Of a DNA stretch of 64,000 nt, positions 1 to 14,017 are shown in pieces (the stretch's first letter is position 1; every line of letters starts with the position of its first letter). The stretch is from the human T2T-CHM13v2.0 reference genome, Homo sapiens, in the NCBI RefSeq assembly GCF_009914755.1, contig NC_060928.1; one strand, given 5' to 3'. Under the pieces are notes generated by a model. The model made no database searches. It was not told where the DNA came from and saw nothing but the letters and a program-made list of their open reading frames with translations. The position numbers and the translations under genes were made by a program.

Positions 1-2429
1 TAAAGCAGCCAAGACATTTTTCATATGTTCTAGATTTCATCCTGCAGCCTTTCATAGAAAGGTGAGATGACAGATAGCAGATGGATTTACCTTTTTAGTT
101 AGCTGCAAAACTACAAATCAATTTCATATAAACAGATCTCTCAGCCAAATATAGCTTGACAGTAATTCTATAAGATTCATCAAGTCAAGGAAAGAGATTA
201 TGTCTGATGACATGAACTAATGTAAAAGTAAGATATATCACGATTTCAATATACTAGGTGAGAGAATCCATTCAATATCACTTTTTAAATGAAAATGCTT
301 TCCTCTGTACTGATGATTTCAGTATTCATTTACTTTTTAGAATGATAAGTAATTATTATACCTTTCACATTGTTACCCAGAATAATGTGAAAAAAATTAC
401 TAAAACAGTTTTCAGGTTGCAAGTGATATAGAGTATGTAAAATTATTTAGAAACATCCAGGTCAGTGTAAGGCTTTAAAAATATTGTTATTTCACTTATT
501 AGACTAAGTGTATATTGGAACTGCAGTTAAGTAATTACATTTAAGTAATTACTTTACTCATAAGAGAAGAAACAAGATGTGATGTGCATAAAGCACTTAA
601 TCACTTGTAGTTTAAAGCCTATTTTATTTCTCTGTAATATTTGGAGGCAGACCTAAACCAACTCCAGAACAGTGATGGAAGAGATTCTGTACATTAACGA
701 AAGGCTCTCAGTCTGCACTTAATTCTGATATAATGACATCTGGCCAACATCCTAAGATGAAATTTTCAATAAATGCTGGCAACTTAACACAATTCATTAT
801 GGTTTCTCCTGGTAAAGGATGTGGATAAAAATTGCTTTGGCTCTAAAAAAGCTTTCACTTCATTATGAGACCGGATCAATCACCATCAGCAGAAGATACT
901 CATTGGGCTACTTATTTTGCAGCTGTGATGCATTTCGTTATCAGGGCCCGTTGAAGACACTAAGAAATTGTTTTTATTAGGCAACCATTATTGCTAAACT
1001 TCTCTAAGCTAAATGCATCTTTAAGTGTATTTCCTTTTTAAAGAGATGGAACAATCAGTCTGAACTGAAACTGGCATGAGATTACCTGTTCATCCTTATA
1101 AAAGCAATGCCATTTAGATGGCATTTTATTTGTACTTTTGCACAAAAAGAAATGATAATATATATTTCTCCATTAAACTAAGAAAGAGATCAAGTTACTC
1201 AATAATCACTATGTATTTGAGACAACTGGAGAAGTTAAATTCACATCCAGTGCCTCCCTTCTTCTCTCCTTAACCTCCCTCCTTGTAAGGAAAATTTAAA
1301 TGATGCTCTAGGTTGAGTAGTGGTATAGAACCAAAGCTCACAACCATATCTACCGGCACCATCATTTCACGTCTCCATTGATTTTTGTTTGCATTTTTGA
1401 GGCCTGAAAAGAAATAAAACTTTTCTGACATTAAAATGAGTTTTAATAACTATCTCACTAAAAATCTGATGTATAAGCATTATTTTGCATTTTACACTTG
1501 TGGTTTCTAAATATTCTACAATATATTGCAGCAGATTCCTCTGGACAAGCTGTATTTAAATTTTTACTACATTCCTCTCTCATGGGTCCTCTAGAAAAAA
1601 AAATTGCAGCATCTTATGTTACCCACAGTGTCAATTAATCCCTTCAGTCAAATTCCCTTTATTATCAAAGAAAAATTCAGAAGGTTGCCTACCATTTCAT
1701 AGGTAGTTTATTCTGAATATGCCTAAAGAAAAACACATAAATTGGAATATACGAGTATGTACAATGGTTCTCACATGTTAAAGAAGTGTGAATTATTGCA
1801 GATGAAGGAGATATTTAAGAACAAATAAGCATGCTTTAGTGATTTGGAACGACAACTGAAAAATTCCAAAATAGAACTTGTGAACCACCTCAAATATCCA
1901 AGGTGGGATTTTGTTCTGGCGTGTCTCCACCAGCAAAACAAGGGAAGTGATTTACCATCAGTTGTCAAGTTGCTTAGTCTTTCACAACTGCTAAAGTGCC
2001 AAAGCCTTTTTGGATGGTCTTATCATACTTCTACCTTCTTAAAACTGCTTGGGTAGAGCAGTAAATAACTGGCTAGAAAATATAGCTGAGAAACTTTTGG
2101 GAAGTGGATAATTCTCAACTCTCCCACACTACCCTATTAGTGCTATATAGGAGTCTTATCAGAAAATGTGTTTTGATGAATGTATAGGCTTCTCCATGGA
2201 CCCTAAATGGAATAAGGTTTTGTTTCCATGTTTGGCATAGATAAATACCAATTTCATTGTCATCTCTATTAGTTCATATAGAAAATTAAATTACGTAGTG
2301 AATAGAACACTTCTGAAGTTTTGCTAAATGGCTAAAGAGGAGAAAAAAGTAGATAAGGAAGGTTATATATATTTACTAGTTTAGGTAACATCAGTTTTTA
2401 TAACAAGTCAACATTAGAATACAATAGTA

Positions 2430-2690
2430 TTCACAGATCCAGGCCAATAGATCTACTATCTTCAGCTTAAAGATTCTAAGGTTGTCCTGGGGATTAACAC
2501 CCAGGTAGAGGTAGAAGAATATGGATGGTTTTAAAGGTCCAGTCCTGGGATTAGTGAACTTTACATTCACTCATATTTTGTTGATTAGGATTCAGCAACA
2601 TGACCACAGCTATTTACAAGTAAGGCTCGAAGCTGTAGTGTAGATGTGTGTTCAGAAAGAAGAGGTGAACAGCCATCTAGTCTCAGCAAC
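2430..2690 (-). mobile_element. Old MaLR LTR fragment (MLT1J/K-like)
   Basis: Decayed MLT1-type wording (cattcactcatattttgttgattaggattcagcaacatgaccac...gaagctgtagtgtagatgtgtg); boundaries approximate. Confidence 0.5.
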
Positions 2691-5189
2691 AAAATTGTAC
2701 TGTATTCATTCTTATGGAAACGAATGGGAAAACAAAATAGAACTTTTTTCATTTGGATGCTACAGAAATTGTCATGAAACTAGGTCATGAGATGGAATTT
2801 CTAAAGATAAAACTTCTGGGATTGGGACAAGAAGGTGGGATTTGGTTTGAATTAAAAACTGATTAAATAAAACCTGAATTTAGTGATTGACCACCAGGTC
2901 TCTCCTCTTCTCCTCATTCCCCTTTTACCCTCCATTCTGCTTCCCTTTGGAAAATTGTAAATCATATCACAAGCTGTAAATACTTGCTAGTCTGATTCAG
3001 TCAATGCTTGGGTATTTTCAGCAATAGTATTACAACATTTAAAACATTTTAATTTATACTTACATATTAATATAAGGGTCCCTACTTAAATTCAAATATT
3101 ATACATAATCTCAGTGCAAACCACATAATCAGTGCATAATCTTGTGCAAACCACACAAAATTGGACCTGCTTTGGTTGAAATAGCCATAGGGACCCAGAG
3201 TTTCTCCCATTCTGCCTGCCCTAATCCCAGCTTTGACCCCATGTCAGACCTTAAAGAGACAGAGTGAGAACAACTGTTCTACTCTAATACCACCAAGAGT
3301 CATGTTAATAGCGAATTTTTAGGTGCTTACTCCAGATTTCAGCTGTACCTATGTCTCCTAGTTCTCTAGTGTGTTTGGGTCATTCTGTTGAATGGTGTTT
3401 AAATAAAAATGATTCAATTCCTTATTCACCTCAACATCATCTATGGTTTCCTAATCAATATTTCTAAATACTCTCAGACAGAATCTATTTCTTCTGAATT
3501 GCTTGTTATTCCCATTTGTTGAAGCTGACAAATTCTCCATTGGTCTTTTTCATTTATGCTCTTTTCCATTTATCTATTCTCAGTTGATCCAAATGGGCAA
3601 TCGGGCTCCTATGCCCTAATTTTCATTTTGAAATTCACAGAAGACAATTGTGTGACTAGACTGTTACTGAAGGTGAGGGGTCACTCTGGAAGGAGATTGC
3701 ATATTTCATCAGAGCACGATAGACAGACAATTTATTCTGATAGCTATCCCCATCCTTAAATGTGGCCAAACCACCTGCACGTTTCTCACTGGCTGATTTT
3801 TGTTCACACGTCAGAGCCTCCTGCCATTTCGCTGGCCTTCTCCTCTATGGCTCCTAGCCCCTCTGCTTTTCCAGATTCCCAGGACTATTCTTACTCTCTG
3901 TTTATAGGGCAGCTAGTGGAAACTCAAAAAACTTTTTTCTTTTTACAGAGTTTTATTTTGTCTCATTCACTGTCTGATCTGGTCATGGCAAAGAAACTGT
4001 TCATATATATATACATATATATATAAAATAGCCTTTCAAGGCTATTATTTGTGAAACAACAAATTTTCTTACCTAAAAAAAATTTGCCACCACTTTTAAA
4101 GTAACACTGTTAAGATTAAAGAAAGATACCCTGAAATGAACGCACAGTGGGACCTGTATGCTGAGACAGAGAAATTATGTGGAGAAATCAAGACAATAAT
4201 GTCCACATCTGTATCTCAATAGAGACAATAATTATATGTGGGTTTTATCCTCCAGACCTTAATACTTCCTTCCTTTACTTTCCATTGTGTATACTGTCTC
4301 TTAGATTTCTAACTTTCTTTGCATTACTGTGCCCTTTGACTCCATAGTGCATTGTGGTGATAGAGGGTTGTATGGCATATCAAATAAGCTAAGCAAAAAA
4401 CTTGACCAGTCTGTTTAAAAAGAAAACCACTTTCTGATATCCAACACTTATGATTTTTATGATCTCACCACATTCACATTTCTTATCTGTTATCACTCTC
4501 TGGGCTTTCCATCTAATTTCCATAATGCATGTTCATAGTTCATGTTTATTACAACAGAGAGCTAAGTTAACTTATAGCTTTTCTGCATTTATATTTTTCT
4601 CCCATTTTTAAATTTTAAGAGACACCAAGGCAAATATGACAGTTACCTAATAAAGCTGAAATTCTGTCTACAATTAGAGTACCCTGGGACGTTGATTGCC
4701 TTTGGCTCTATGAACGCACACTGTATGCTTGTGTTGCATTGATCAGAATGAGTCTGCGGGAAGTGAGCCATGGGCATGCTCTGGGCCATGAAACTTAAGG
4801 GGAGTGAGGGATGGTGTAATCATTGTGAGAGCAGCTTAGATTCCATCGGTTGATGCTCATGACACCAACAATGAACTTCTCTCTAGAGGGGCGTATTGCA
4901 GTTGTGAAGTCAAGCAAGTATAAATATGATGGGGTGGAACCTCAATTTTTCTCCAAGTAAAGAAACTAGTCCAGAGGTCACAGCTGATGAATGATGAACT
5001 GCTCCCTTCTTTGGGGTGTCTGTAAAGGTGGACTGATATTCATAAAAATCTGCAGATAATCCCATAAAAGTTCTCCTTTAATTCTAAACATAGACCTTTG
5101 CTTTAGGCTACTAGCAAAAGGAAACTAACTTTAAAAATATGGCTTGATACAATATGAAACTGGGAACAATAGCACTAAAAAAATCCCTC

Positions 5190-6400
5190 TTGAAAGTGAA
5201 ATGCTGATGGTCTGATGGATTTATGATTGAAGGAACCTGTAGAAATTGCCTGGTGCAGCCTCTCCCATAGTGCTCAAATGAGTGCTAGTGGTCATTTCAA
5301 TCTATGCCTGGGACATCTGAGTTGGGAGAGCTTACCTTACCGTTACAATTTTATTTATTTGGAAATTGTGTTGAGCTGAAAGATGTCTTCCTGTTACCTA
5401 TAGTTTTAATCTTACTTCTGACATTTGGAGCTATCCTGCAGTACATCCTAATCTTTCTTCTTAATTCTTTCAAATATTTGATAATAGCTCTTATGTTTCT
5501 ACTATGCCTTCACTTTACCAGTCTTTGTTAATTCTAATATTCCTCAAATAATGTAATTTATAGACACTTAATTTTTTTTGTTGCTCTCCTATGGACAACT
5601 TTAGCATGTCTGTATCTTTTTAAAATGTAGAGTCCAGGACAAAATGCAGTGAACTTGTTTTGGAGGGAAAAATTCATAGTACAGTGTGAGTTTTACTTTT
5701 CTCTTTTTTTGGCATTGATATTTATTTACAACCTAGAGTAATATTAGCTATTTTTGCAGCTACATTTCATTATTATCTTATGATAGGCATTTTTTTAAAA
5801 CAAGAACTGCTCTTACATTAGGTTTCTTTTACTGTGAAATTCTATAGTAGATTTTTGAACTATTATTTCTTTTTTATATTTATTCCTATTGAGTTATACC
5901 ATGTTAGCTACAATCTACTCTTCCAATCCAATATGAGTTTTTAAAATTTGTCATCAATAAATGAATCTAAATTTTAAGTTAGTTACATATACATTTAATA
6001 AAAATGTCTTATCTATTTAATGAAAATGCTTTGTGTGACTTAATAGATCACTGATAAAAATGGGAAAAGGCAGGATTAAGTACATGCCTCAACTAGTACT
6101 CTATTTTGAGGCCTATATCAATATATTAATTTACAATTTGGCCATAGCTGAAACAGCTATGAATGCCCTGAATTCTACTATCATCTAGCCTCCAAATCTC
6201 TTAGGGAATCATGGGAAAATTGGTCATATTTCTTTCTGAAATCCATATTTATTCTATCTAGGTTATTCTTCTTTGCTAATATAGGGATTCTATTGCAAAG
6301 GAAATAAAATCGACATGATTTATTCTCAGTGGAGCCATTGTAGCTGCTAGTAATTACTGTTTTATGTGGAAAATACCCATAAAACATCCACCTAAACTTT
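5190..6400 (-). mobile_element. CR1/L3 LINE remnant (RT region)
   Basis: ORF 6181-6387(-) reads LDRINMDFRKKYDQFSHD, a decayed CR1 RT motif (VDVIYLDFSKAFDKVSHD); likely continues about 7140-7530. Confidence 0.6.
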
Positions 6401-6406
6401 TATTCT

Positions 6407-6854
6407 TGTGAAATGTGATATACAAAATGGCATCACTATGCAGCAGAGCTCAAAATGGAGTCAAGAAGCCATTCTCAGAAGGACTTTCTCCATGACCTTG
6501 CACAGAAAAACAAAAACAAAACCAAAAAACAGGAATTTGCCTTGAATCTTTTAACTGCCAAACTGCAATGATCACAACATCATGGAAAGCAGCTGAATTT
6601 CACCAGTGCTGCAATTTCTGGGACAGTGACAACCAATGAATTATGGCTGCCTCGACCAATGATAGCTCTTTCAAAACAATTTGTGTAATCACCCTCAGCA
6701 TTAAAATAAAATATCTTAACTCTCCTCCCTCTCTTTGGAACACAATTTGACCCTTCAGCAAATCTTTGTCTCCTGAATTGCAATTTCTAAGACCCCCCAA
6801 AATGCCTTGTCGCACTGATTCATAGTCTGGTCTCTTACCTCTTCTTGGTTGGCA
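6407..6854 (+). mobile_element. ERV1-type solo LTR (old MER-class; subfamily uncertain)
   Basis: TG...CA termini, 4-bp TSD TTCT (6403-6406 / 6855-6858), caaaatggagtca and two CCAAT boxes typical of ERV1 U3. Confidence 0.65.
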
Positions 6855-7544
6855 TTCTCAAGTTTTGCCTGAGGTGGATATAAAGTTACCACATCATTTG
6901 GAGAAGGTACAAGGACACTTAGAAGAAAGCACTTGGGAGAAGTTGGATCTACATAAAGAACTGAATTCTAATTCTCACAGGTAGAAAATTTGTTTTGTCT
7001 CAATAAGATTGGGTCTGGAAGAAGGCCTGCCCACTATGGATTCATTGGTGGGCTCACCTATGGTGGATAGGAGTACTACAAAAAGGCAGAGCAAGAGTTG
7101 GAGGCAAAGGCCGATAGAGCATAGCATGCTGTAATTTCCAGAATCTGCTTCCACTCATGTTTGAAAATTGGAGAGTTTTTCAAAATTATTTTTAGTTTTT
7201 CTAAATCTTTGCATATTGTCTAGATATGTGCCAGTAGCCATTCCACAATTACATATGGATATTCTTTTACTATTTTTGTGTGCATTTAATCTGTATTTGG
7301 AGTCTTAAAGGTAATGTAAAGCAATTTAGTTTACTCTTATCATTTCCTTATCTAATTTATACTCTAGTCCCCTGGTAACCAAGTCTGTTCCATATTTTCC
7401 AATGGGAGGATCATTGTCTTTAGTAAAGAATGAAAGTGAAATGGAAATCGAGTAGCCTTGCTTTCTCGCTGTCTCTGGTTATCTTTGTACCACATATCTC
7501 AAATACTGAGCCTGTGCCTTCCTTTCCCTAAGCATCAAGTAAAA

Positions 7545-7750
7545 CAAATGTTCATTGTGTGCTAACTCTGTGCTAGGTATGAAGCTAGGTGTTTTATTTA
7601 CATTATTTTATTCAATTCTCAGAAACCCAATGGAGAAGTATTGTTATCCTCATTTTACAAATGCAGAAACTATAAATCAGAGAAATTAAGTATATTTTCC
7701 AGGGTCCACAGTTAAAAATGCAACAAAGCCAGCCTTAGAATCAAGTCTAT
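7545..7750 (-). mobile_element. MIR SINE
   Basis: Reverse-complement MIR core: cctcattttacaaatgcagaaact...agaaattaagtatattttccagggtccacag. Confidence 0.75.
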
Positions 7751-9124
7751 TTTAAAATCTTATTTTCCTAAGCAATATATCCAGTGATGTCATTTTAGAA
7801 TTTTTAGCATTTTACTTCAAAGCCTCAGTATGGGGCTTTTATCATCCTAATTACATTCTCTTCTTCCTCCTGGTTTATAATAATGTGTTTTGCTTGTGTT
7901 TGGTTATGAGGATTTCCTTGCATTTTTTTAGACATGCCTGTTAAAAATCCAAGTTCAGGTGGCTGGCGTGATCCACAGAGAAGAAGGAAGAGCAGTGTGG
8001 TATGGCAGCCCACCTGAGAGCCACACAGGGCAGGGACCCCCCATGCCCCCGGCCAAGGGAGGTGGTGAGTGAGTGTGCTACTCAGCCTTGGAAACCATGC
8101 TTTTTCCATAAAACTGTGTGACCCATGGGTTGGAAGATCCCACTTGTGAACCCATGTCACTGGAGCCTAGGGTCCCAATCAGGGAGCCAGTCAGATTTTC
8201 AATAGCCACTCAGCTAGAATCTGCTTAAGCCTGCCGAGTTCCTGGTGGGAGGGGTGGCATCACCACAGCTGCAGCTTCCTGCTATCTGAGTCATCTGAGC
8301 TCCTTGGGGAGGGGCAGCAGCCAACACTCAGACCTAAAGCTGCCTAACACACTAAGCTCCCAGGGTGGGGGAAGGGTGGCAGCCATCTTTATAGTTCCAG
8401 GCCACACTTTTCCCCTGCTGGAGCCAGGGAGGCTGGATGGCTTGGTTCAAGCCCAACACATCAGCTGTGGCAGACTGTGGCCAGAGTGCCTCTCCAGGCA
8501 TGGCCCTGACCCATCCCTGCTCACTGGGTGAGGCCTCCCTGCAGGAACTCCAGCAACTCCAGCCAGGGGCTCAGGGACAAAACTTTGATCTCCCTGGCCC
8601 TGAGCCCCTAGTGAGAGGGGTGGCCAGTCTCCACTGACCAGAAGATATAGTCTTTCGTCCTGCTAGTTGTGAGGAATCCAGGTAGCCCAGATGAGTGGAT
8701 TTCCCCCCGAGTAAAGCACAAACCCTCCACCAAGAGACAGTCAAAGTACTTCATTAAACTGGTCCAGTTCCCTGTGTTACCCAATTGAGTGAGACCCTTC
8801 AACAGGAGTTGTCAGACACCCTCTGCAGGAGTATGCCTATTGGTCAGTGCCCTTTGAGGTCAGAGATCCCAGAGGAAGGAGCAGGCACGCATCTTTGCTG
8901 TTCTCCAGGCTCATCTCCCAGGCGTGGGGGCAAACCATAAAAATAGAGCCCGAAGTGAGCCCCCAGCAAATCACAGCAGCCCTACAGAATAGGGACATGA
9001 CTATTGAAAAAACAAACAAACAAATGAACAGCAACAACAACAGCATCAACAAAAAAAGTCCTCACAAAAACCCCATCCAAGGGTCAGCAGCCTCAAAGAT
9101 TGATACTAGAAAAACCTCACGAAG

Positions 9125-10136
9125 ATGAGAAAGAATCAATGAAAAATGCTAAAAACCCAAATGACCAGAGGCCCTTTTCTCCAAATGATCACAATGCTTC
9201 TCCAGCAAGGACACAATTGGATGGAGGATGAGATGCACACATTGACAGAAGTAGGCTTCAGAAGGTGGCTAATAACAAACTCTGTTGTGCTAAAGAAGCA
9301 TGTATTAACCCAACGCAAAGGAGCTAAGAACCTCGATAAAATACTACAGGAGCTGCAAACTAGAATAACCAGTTTAGAGAGGAACATAACTGACCTGATG
9401 GAGCTGAAAAGCAGAGCATGAGAACTTTGTGAAGCATACGCAAGTATCATAAATCAACCAAGCAGAAGAGAGGATATCAGAGTTTGAAGACCATCTTGCT
9501 GAAATAAGGTATGCAGACAAAACTAGAGAAAAAAGAATAAAAAAGAATAAACAAAACCTCAGAGAAATATGGGACTACATAAAAAGACCAAACCTATGCT
9601 TGATTGGAGTACCTGAAAGAGACAGGGAAAATGGAACCAAGTTGGAGAACACACTTCAGGATATTATCCAGGAGAACTTCCCCAACCTAGCAAGACAGGT
9701 TGACATTCAAATTCAGGAAATACAGAGAACACCACTAAGATACTCCATGAGAAGACCAACATCAAGACACATAATCATCAGATTCTCCAAGGTCAAAATG
9801 AAGGAAAAAAAGTTCAGGGCATCCAGAGAGAAAGACCAGGTGACCTGTAAGGGAAGCCCATCAGACTAACAATGGACTTCTCCACAGAAACCCTACAAAC
9901 CAGAAGAGAGTGGAGGCCAACATTCAACACTCTTAAAGAAAAGAATTTTTAACCCAGAATTTCATCTGGCCAAACTAAGCTTCATAAGTGAAGGAGAAAT
10001 AAAATCCTTTCCAGACAAGCAAATGCTGAGGGATTTCATCACTACCAGGTCTGCCTTGGAAGAGCTCCTGAAAGAAGCACTAAATATGGAAAGGAAAAAC
10101 CAGTACCAGCCACTGCAAAAACACACCAAAATATAA
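9125..10136 (+). pseudogene. L1 ORF1p, disrupted by stops and frameshifts
   Basis: Fragments LTEVGFRRWLITN...RITSLERNITDLMELK and IGVPERDRENGTKLENTLQDIIQENFPNLARQ. Confidence 0.9.
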
Positions 10137-10196
10137 AGACCAATGACACTATGAAGAAACTGCATCAACTAGTGTGCAAAATAACCAGGTAGCATC

Positions 10197-13100
10197 ATGA
10201 TAACAGGATCAAATTCACACATAACAATATTAATGTTAAATATACATGGGCTAAATGCCCCAATTAGAAGACACAGACTGGAAATTGGATGAAGAGTCAA
10301 GACCCATTGGTGTGCTGTATTCAGGAGACCCATCTCACATGCAAAGATACACATAGGCTCAAAATAAATGCATGGAGGAATATTTACCAAGCAAATGGAA
10401 AGCAAAAAAAAAAAGCAGGGGTTGCAAACCTTGTCTCTAACAAGACAGGCTTTAAACCAACAAAGATCAGAAAAGACAAAGAAGGGCATTACATAGTGGT
10501 AACAGGATCAATGCAACAAGAAGACATAACTCTCCTAAATATATATACACCCAATACAGGAGCAGCCAGATTCATAAAGCAAGTTCTTAGAGACCTACAA
10601 AGAGACTTTGACTCGCACACAATAATAGTAGGAGACTTTAACACTCCGCTGTCAATATTAGACAGATCAACAAGACAGAAAATCAACAAGGAGATTCAGG
10701 ACTTGAACTCAACTCTGGATCAAGTGGACCTAATAGACATCTAAAGAACTCTCCCCCCAGATCAACAGAATATACATTCTTCTCAGTGCCACATGGCACT
10801 TATTCTAAAATCGACCACATAATTGGAAGTAAAACACTCCTCAGCAAATGCAAAAGAATGGAAATCATAACAAACTGTCTCTGAGACCACGGTGCAATCA
10901 AATTAGAACTCAGGATTAAGAAACCCACTCAAAACCACACAGCTACATGGAAATTGAACAACCTTGGTAAATAATGACTCCTGGGTAAATAATGAAATTA
11001 AGGCAGAAATAAATAAGTTCTTTGAAACCAATGAGAACAAAGAGGCAATGTACCAGAATATTTGGGACACAGCTAAAGCAGTGTTAGGAGGGAAATTTAT
11101 AGAACTAAGTGCCCACATCAGAAAGCTAGAATGATCTCAAATTGGCAACCTAACATCACAATGAAAAGAACTACAGAAGCAAGAGCAAAAAAATCCAAAA
11201 GCTAGCAGAAGACAAGAAATAACTAAGATCAGAGCAGAACGGAAGGAGATAGAGACACAAAAAAAATTTCAAAAACTCAATGAATCCAGGAGCTGGTTTT
11301 TTGAAAAAATTAACAAAATAGATAGACAGCTAGCTCGACTAATAAAGAAGAAAAGAGAGGGGAATCAAATGGACACAATACAAAATGATAAAGGGGATAT
11401 CACCCCCGATCCCACAGAAATACAAACTACCATCAGAGAATACTATAAACACCCCTATGCAAATAAGCTAGAAAATCTAGAAGAAATGGATACCAGGACA
11501 CATACACCCTCCCAAGACTAAACCAGGAAGAAGTCAAATTCCTGAAGACACCAATAACGAGTTCTGAAATTGAGGCAGCAATTAATAGCCTACCAACCAA
11601 AAAAAGCCCAGGACCAGATGGATTCACAGCCGAATTCTACCAGAGGTACAAAAAGGAGTTGGTTCCATTCCTTCTGAAACTATTCCAAACAACTGAAAAG
11701 GAAGAACTCCTCCCTAACTCATTTAATGAGGCCAGCATCATCCTGATACCAAAACCTGGCAGAGACAAACACAAAAAAGAAAATTTCAGGCCATTATTCC
11801 TGATGAACATCAATGTGAAAATCCTCAATAGAATACTGGCAAACTAAATCCAGCAGCACATTGAAAAATGTACCCATCACAATCAAGTCAGCTTCATCCT
11901 TGGGCTGCAAGACTGGTTCAACATACACAGATCAATAAACGTAATCCATCACATAAACAGAACCAATGACAAAAACCACATGATTATCTCAATAGATGCA
12001 GAAAAGGCCTTCAATAAAATTCAACATCCCTTCATGTTAAAAACTCACAATAAAGTAGGTATTGATAGAACGTATCTCAAAATGGTAAGAGGTATTTACG
12101 ACAAACCCACAGCCAATATTATACTGAATGGGAAAAAGCTGGAAGCATTCCCTTTGAAAATCGGCACAAGACAATGATGCCCTCTCTCACCACTCCTATT
12201 CAACATAGTACTGGAAGTTCTGGCCAGAGCAATCAGGCAAGAGAAAGAAATAAATGGTATTCAAATAAGAAGAGAGAAAGTCAAATTGTCTGTTTGCAGA
12301 TGACATGATTGTATATTTAGAAAACCCTGTCGTCTGAGCCCCAAAACTCCTTAAGTTGATAAGCAACTTCAGGAAAGTCTCAGGATACCAAATCAATGTG
12401 GAAAAATCACAAGCATTCCTATACACCAACAATAGACAAGCAGAGAGCCAAATCATGAATGAACTCTCATTCACAATTGCTACAAAGAGAATAAAATCCC
12501 TAAAAATACAGCTAACAAGGGATGTGAAGGAGTTCTTCAAAGAGAACTACAAACAACTGCTCAAGGAAATGAGAGAGGACACAAACAAATGGAAAAACAT
12601 TCCATCCTCATAGATAGGAAGAATCAATATCATGAAAATGGCCATACTGCCCAAAGTAATTTATAGAATCAATGCTATTCCCATCAAACTACCATTGATT
12701 TTCTTCACAGAATTAGAGAAAACTATTTTAAATTTCATATAGAGCCAAAAAAGAGCCCGTATAGCCTAGAGAATCCTAAGCAAAAAGAACAAAATTGGAG
12801 ACATCACGCTACCTGTCTTCAAACTATACTGCAAGCTTAGAGTAACAAAAACAGCATGGTACTGGTACCAAAACAGACATATAGACCAATGGAACAGAAC
12901 AGAGACCTCAGAAATAATACCACACATCCACAATCATCTGATCTTTGACATACCTGACAAAAACAAGCAATGGGGAGAGGATTCCCTATTTAATAAATGG
13001 TCCTGGGAAAACTGGCTAGCCATATGCAGAAAAATGAAACTAGACCTCTTTCTTACACCTTATACAAAAATTAACTCACGATGGATTAAATACTTAAATG

Positions 13101-14017
13101 TAAAACCTGAAATTATAAAAACCCTAGAAGAAAACCTAGGCAATACACATTCAGGACATAGGCACATGCAAAGACTTCATGATGAAAATGCCAAAATCAA
13201 TTGCAGCAAAAGCCAAAATGGACAAATGGTATCTAATTAAACTAAAGAGCATCTACACAGAGACAAACTATCATCAGAGTGAACAGGCACCCTTGAGAGT
13301 GGGAGAAAATTTTTGCAATATACTCATCTGACAATGGCCTAATATTCAGAATATACAAGGAACTTAAACAAATTTACAAGAAAAAAACAACCGCATCAAA
13401 AAGTAGTCAAAGGATATGATCAGACTAGACACTTCTCAAAAAAAGACATTTATGTGGCCAAAAAACATGAAGAAAAGCTCGACATCACTGATCATTAGAG
13501 AACTGCAAATCAAAACCACAATTAGATACCATTTCATGCCAGTCAGGATAGTGATTATTAAAAAGTCAAGAAACAATAGATGCTGGTGAGGCTATGGAGA
13601 AATAGAGACACTTTTACACTGGTGGGAATGTAAATTAGTTCAACCATTGTGGAAGACTGTGTGGTGATTCCTCAAGGATCTAGAACCAGAAATACCATTT
13701 GACCCAGCAATCCCGTTACTGGGTATATACCCAAAGGAATATAAATCATTCTACTCTAAAGACACATGAACATGTATGTTCATTGCAGCACTATTTACAA
13801 TAGCAAAGACATGGAATCAACCAAAATGCCCATCAATGAGACTGGATAGAGAAAATGTGGTACATATATACCATATTATGCTATGCAATCATGAAACAGA
13901 ATAACATCATGTTCTTTTTCAGGGACATGGATGAAGCTGGAAGCCATCATCCTCAGCAAACTAACACGGGAACAGGAAACCAAACACCACATGTTCTCAC
14001 TCATAAGTGGGAGTTGA
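10197..14017 (+). pseudogene. L1 ORF2p (APE endonuclease and RT), disrupted
   Basis: [29 protein letters not shown], and FADD (tttgcagatgac, about 12293); many premature stops. Confidence 0.92.

Noticed and set aside
528-553. ttaagtaattac direct repeat
   Set aside because: 12-bp AT-rich micro-duplication of a common type.
10289-10744. 151-aa endonuclease ORF as a functional protein
   Set aside because: It is a fragment of the L1 ORF2 EN domain with an upstream frameshift and a premature stop.
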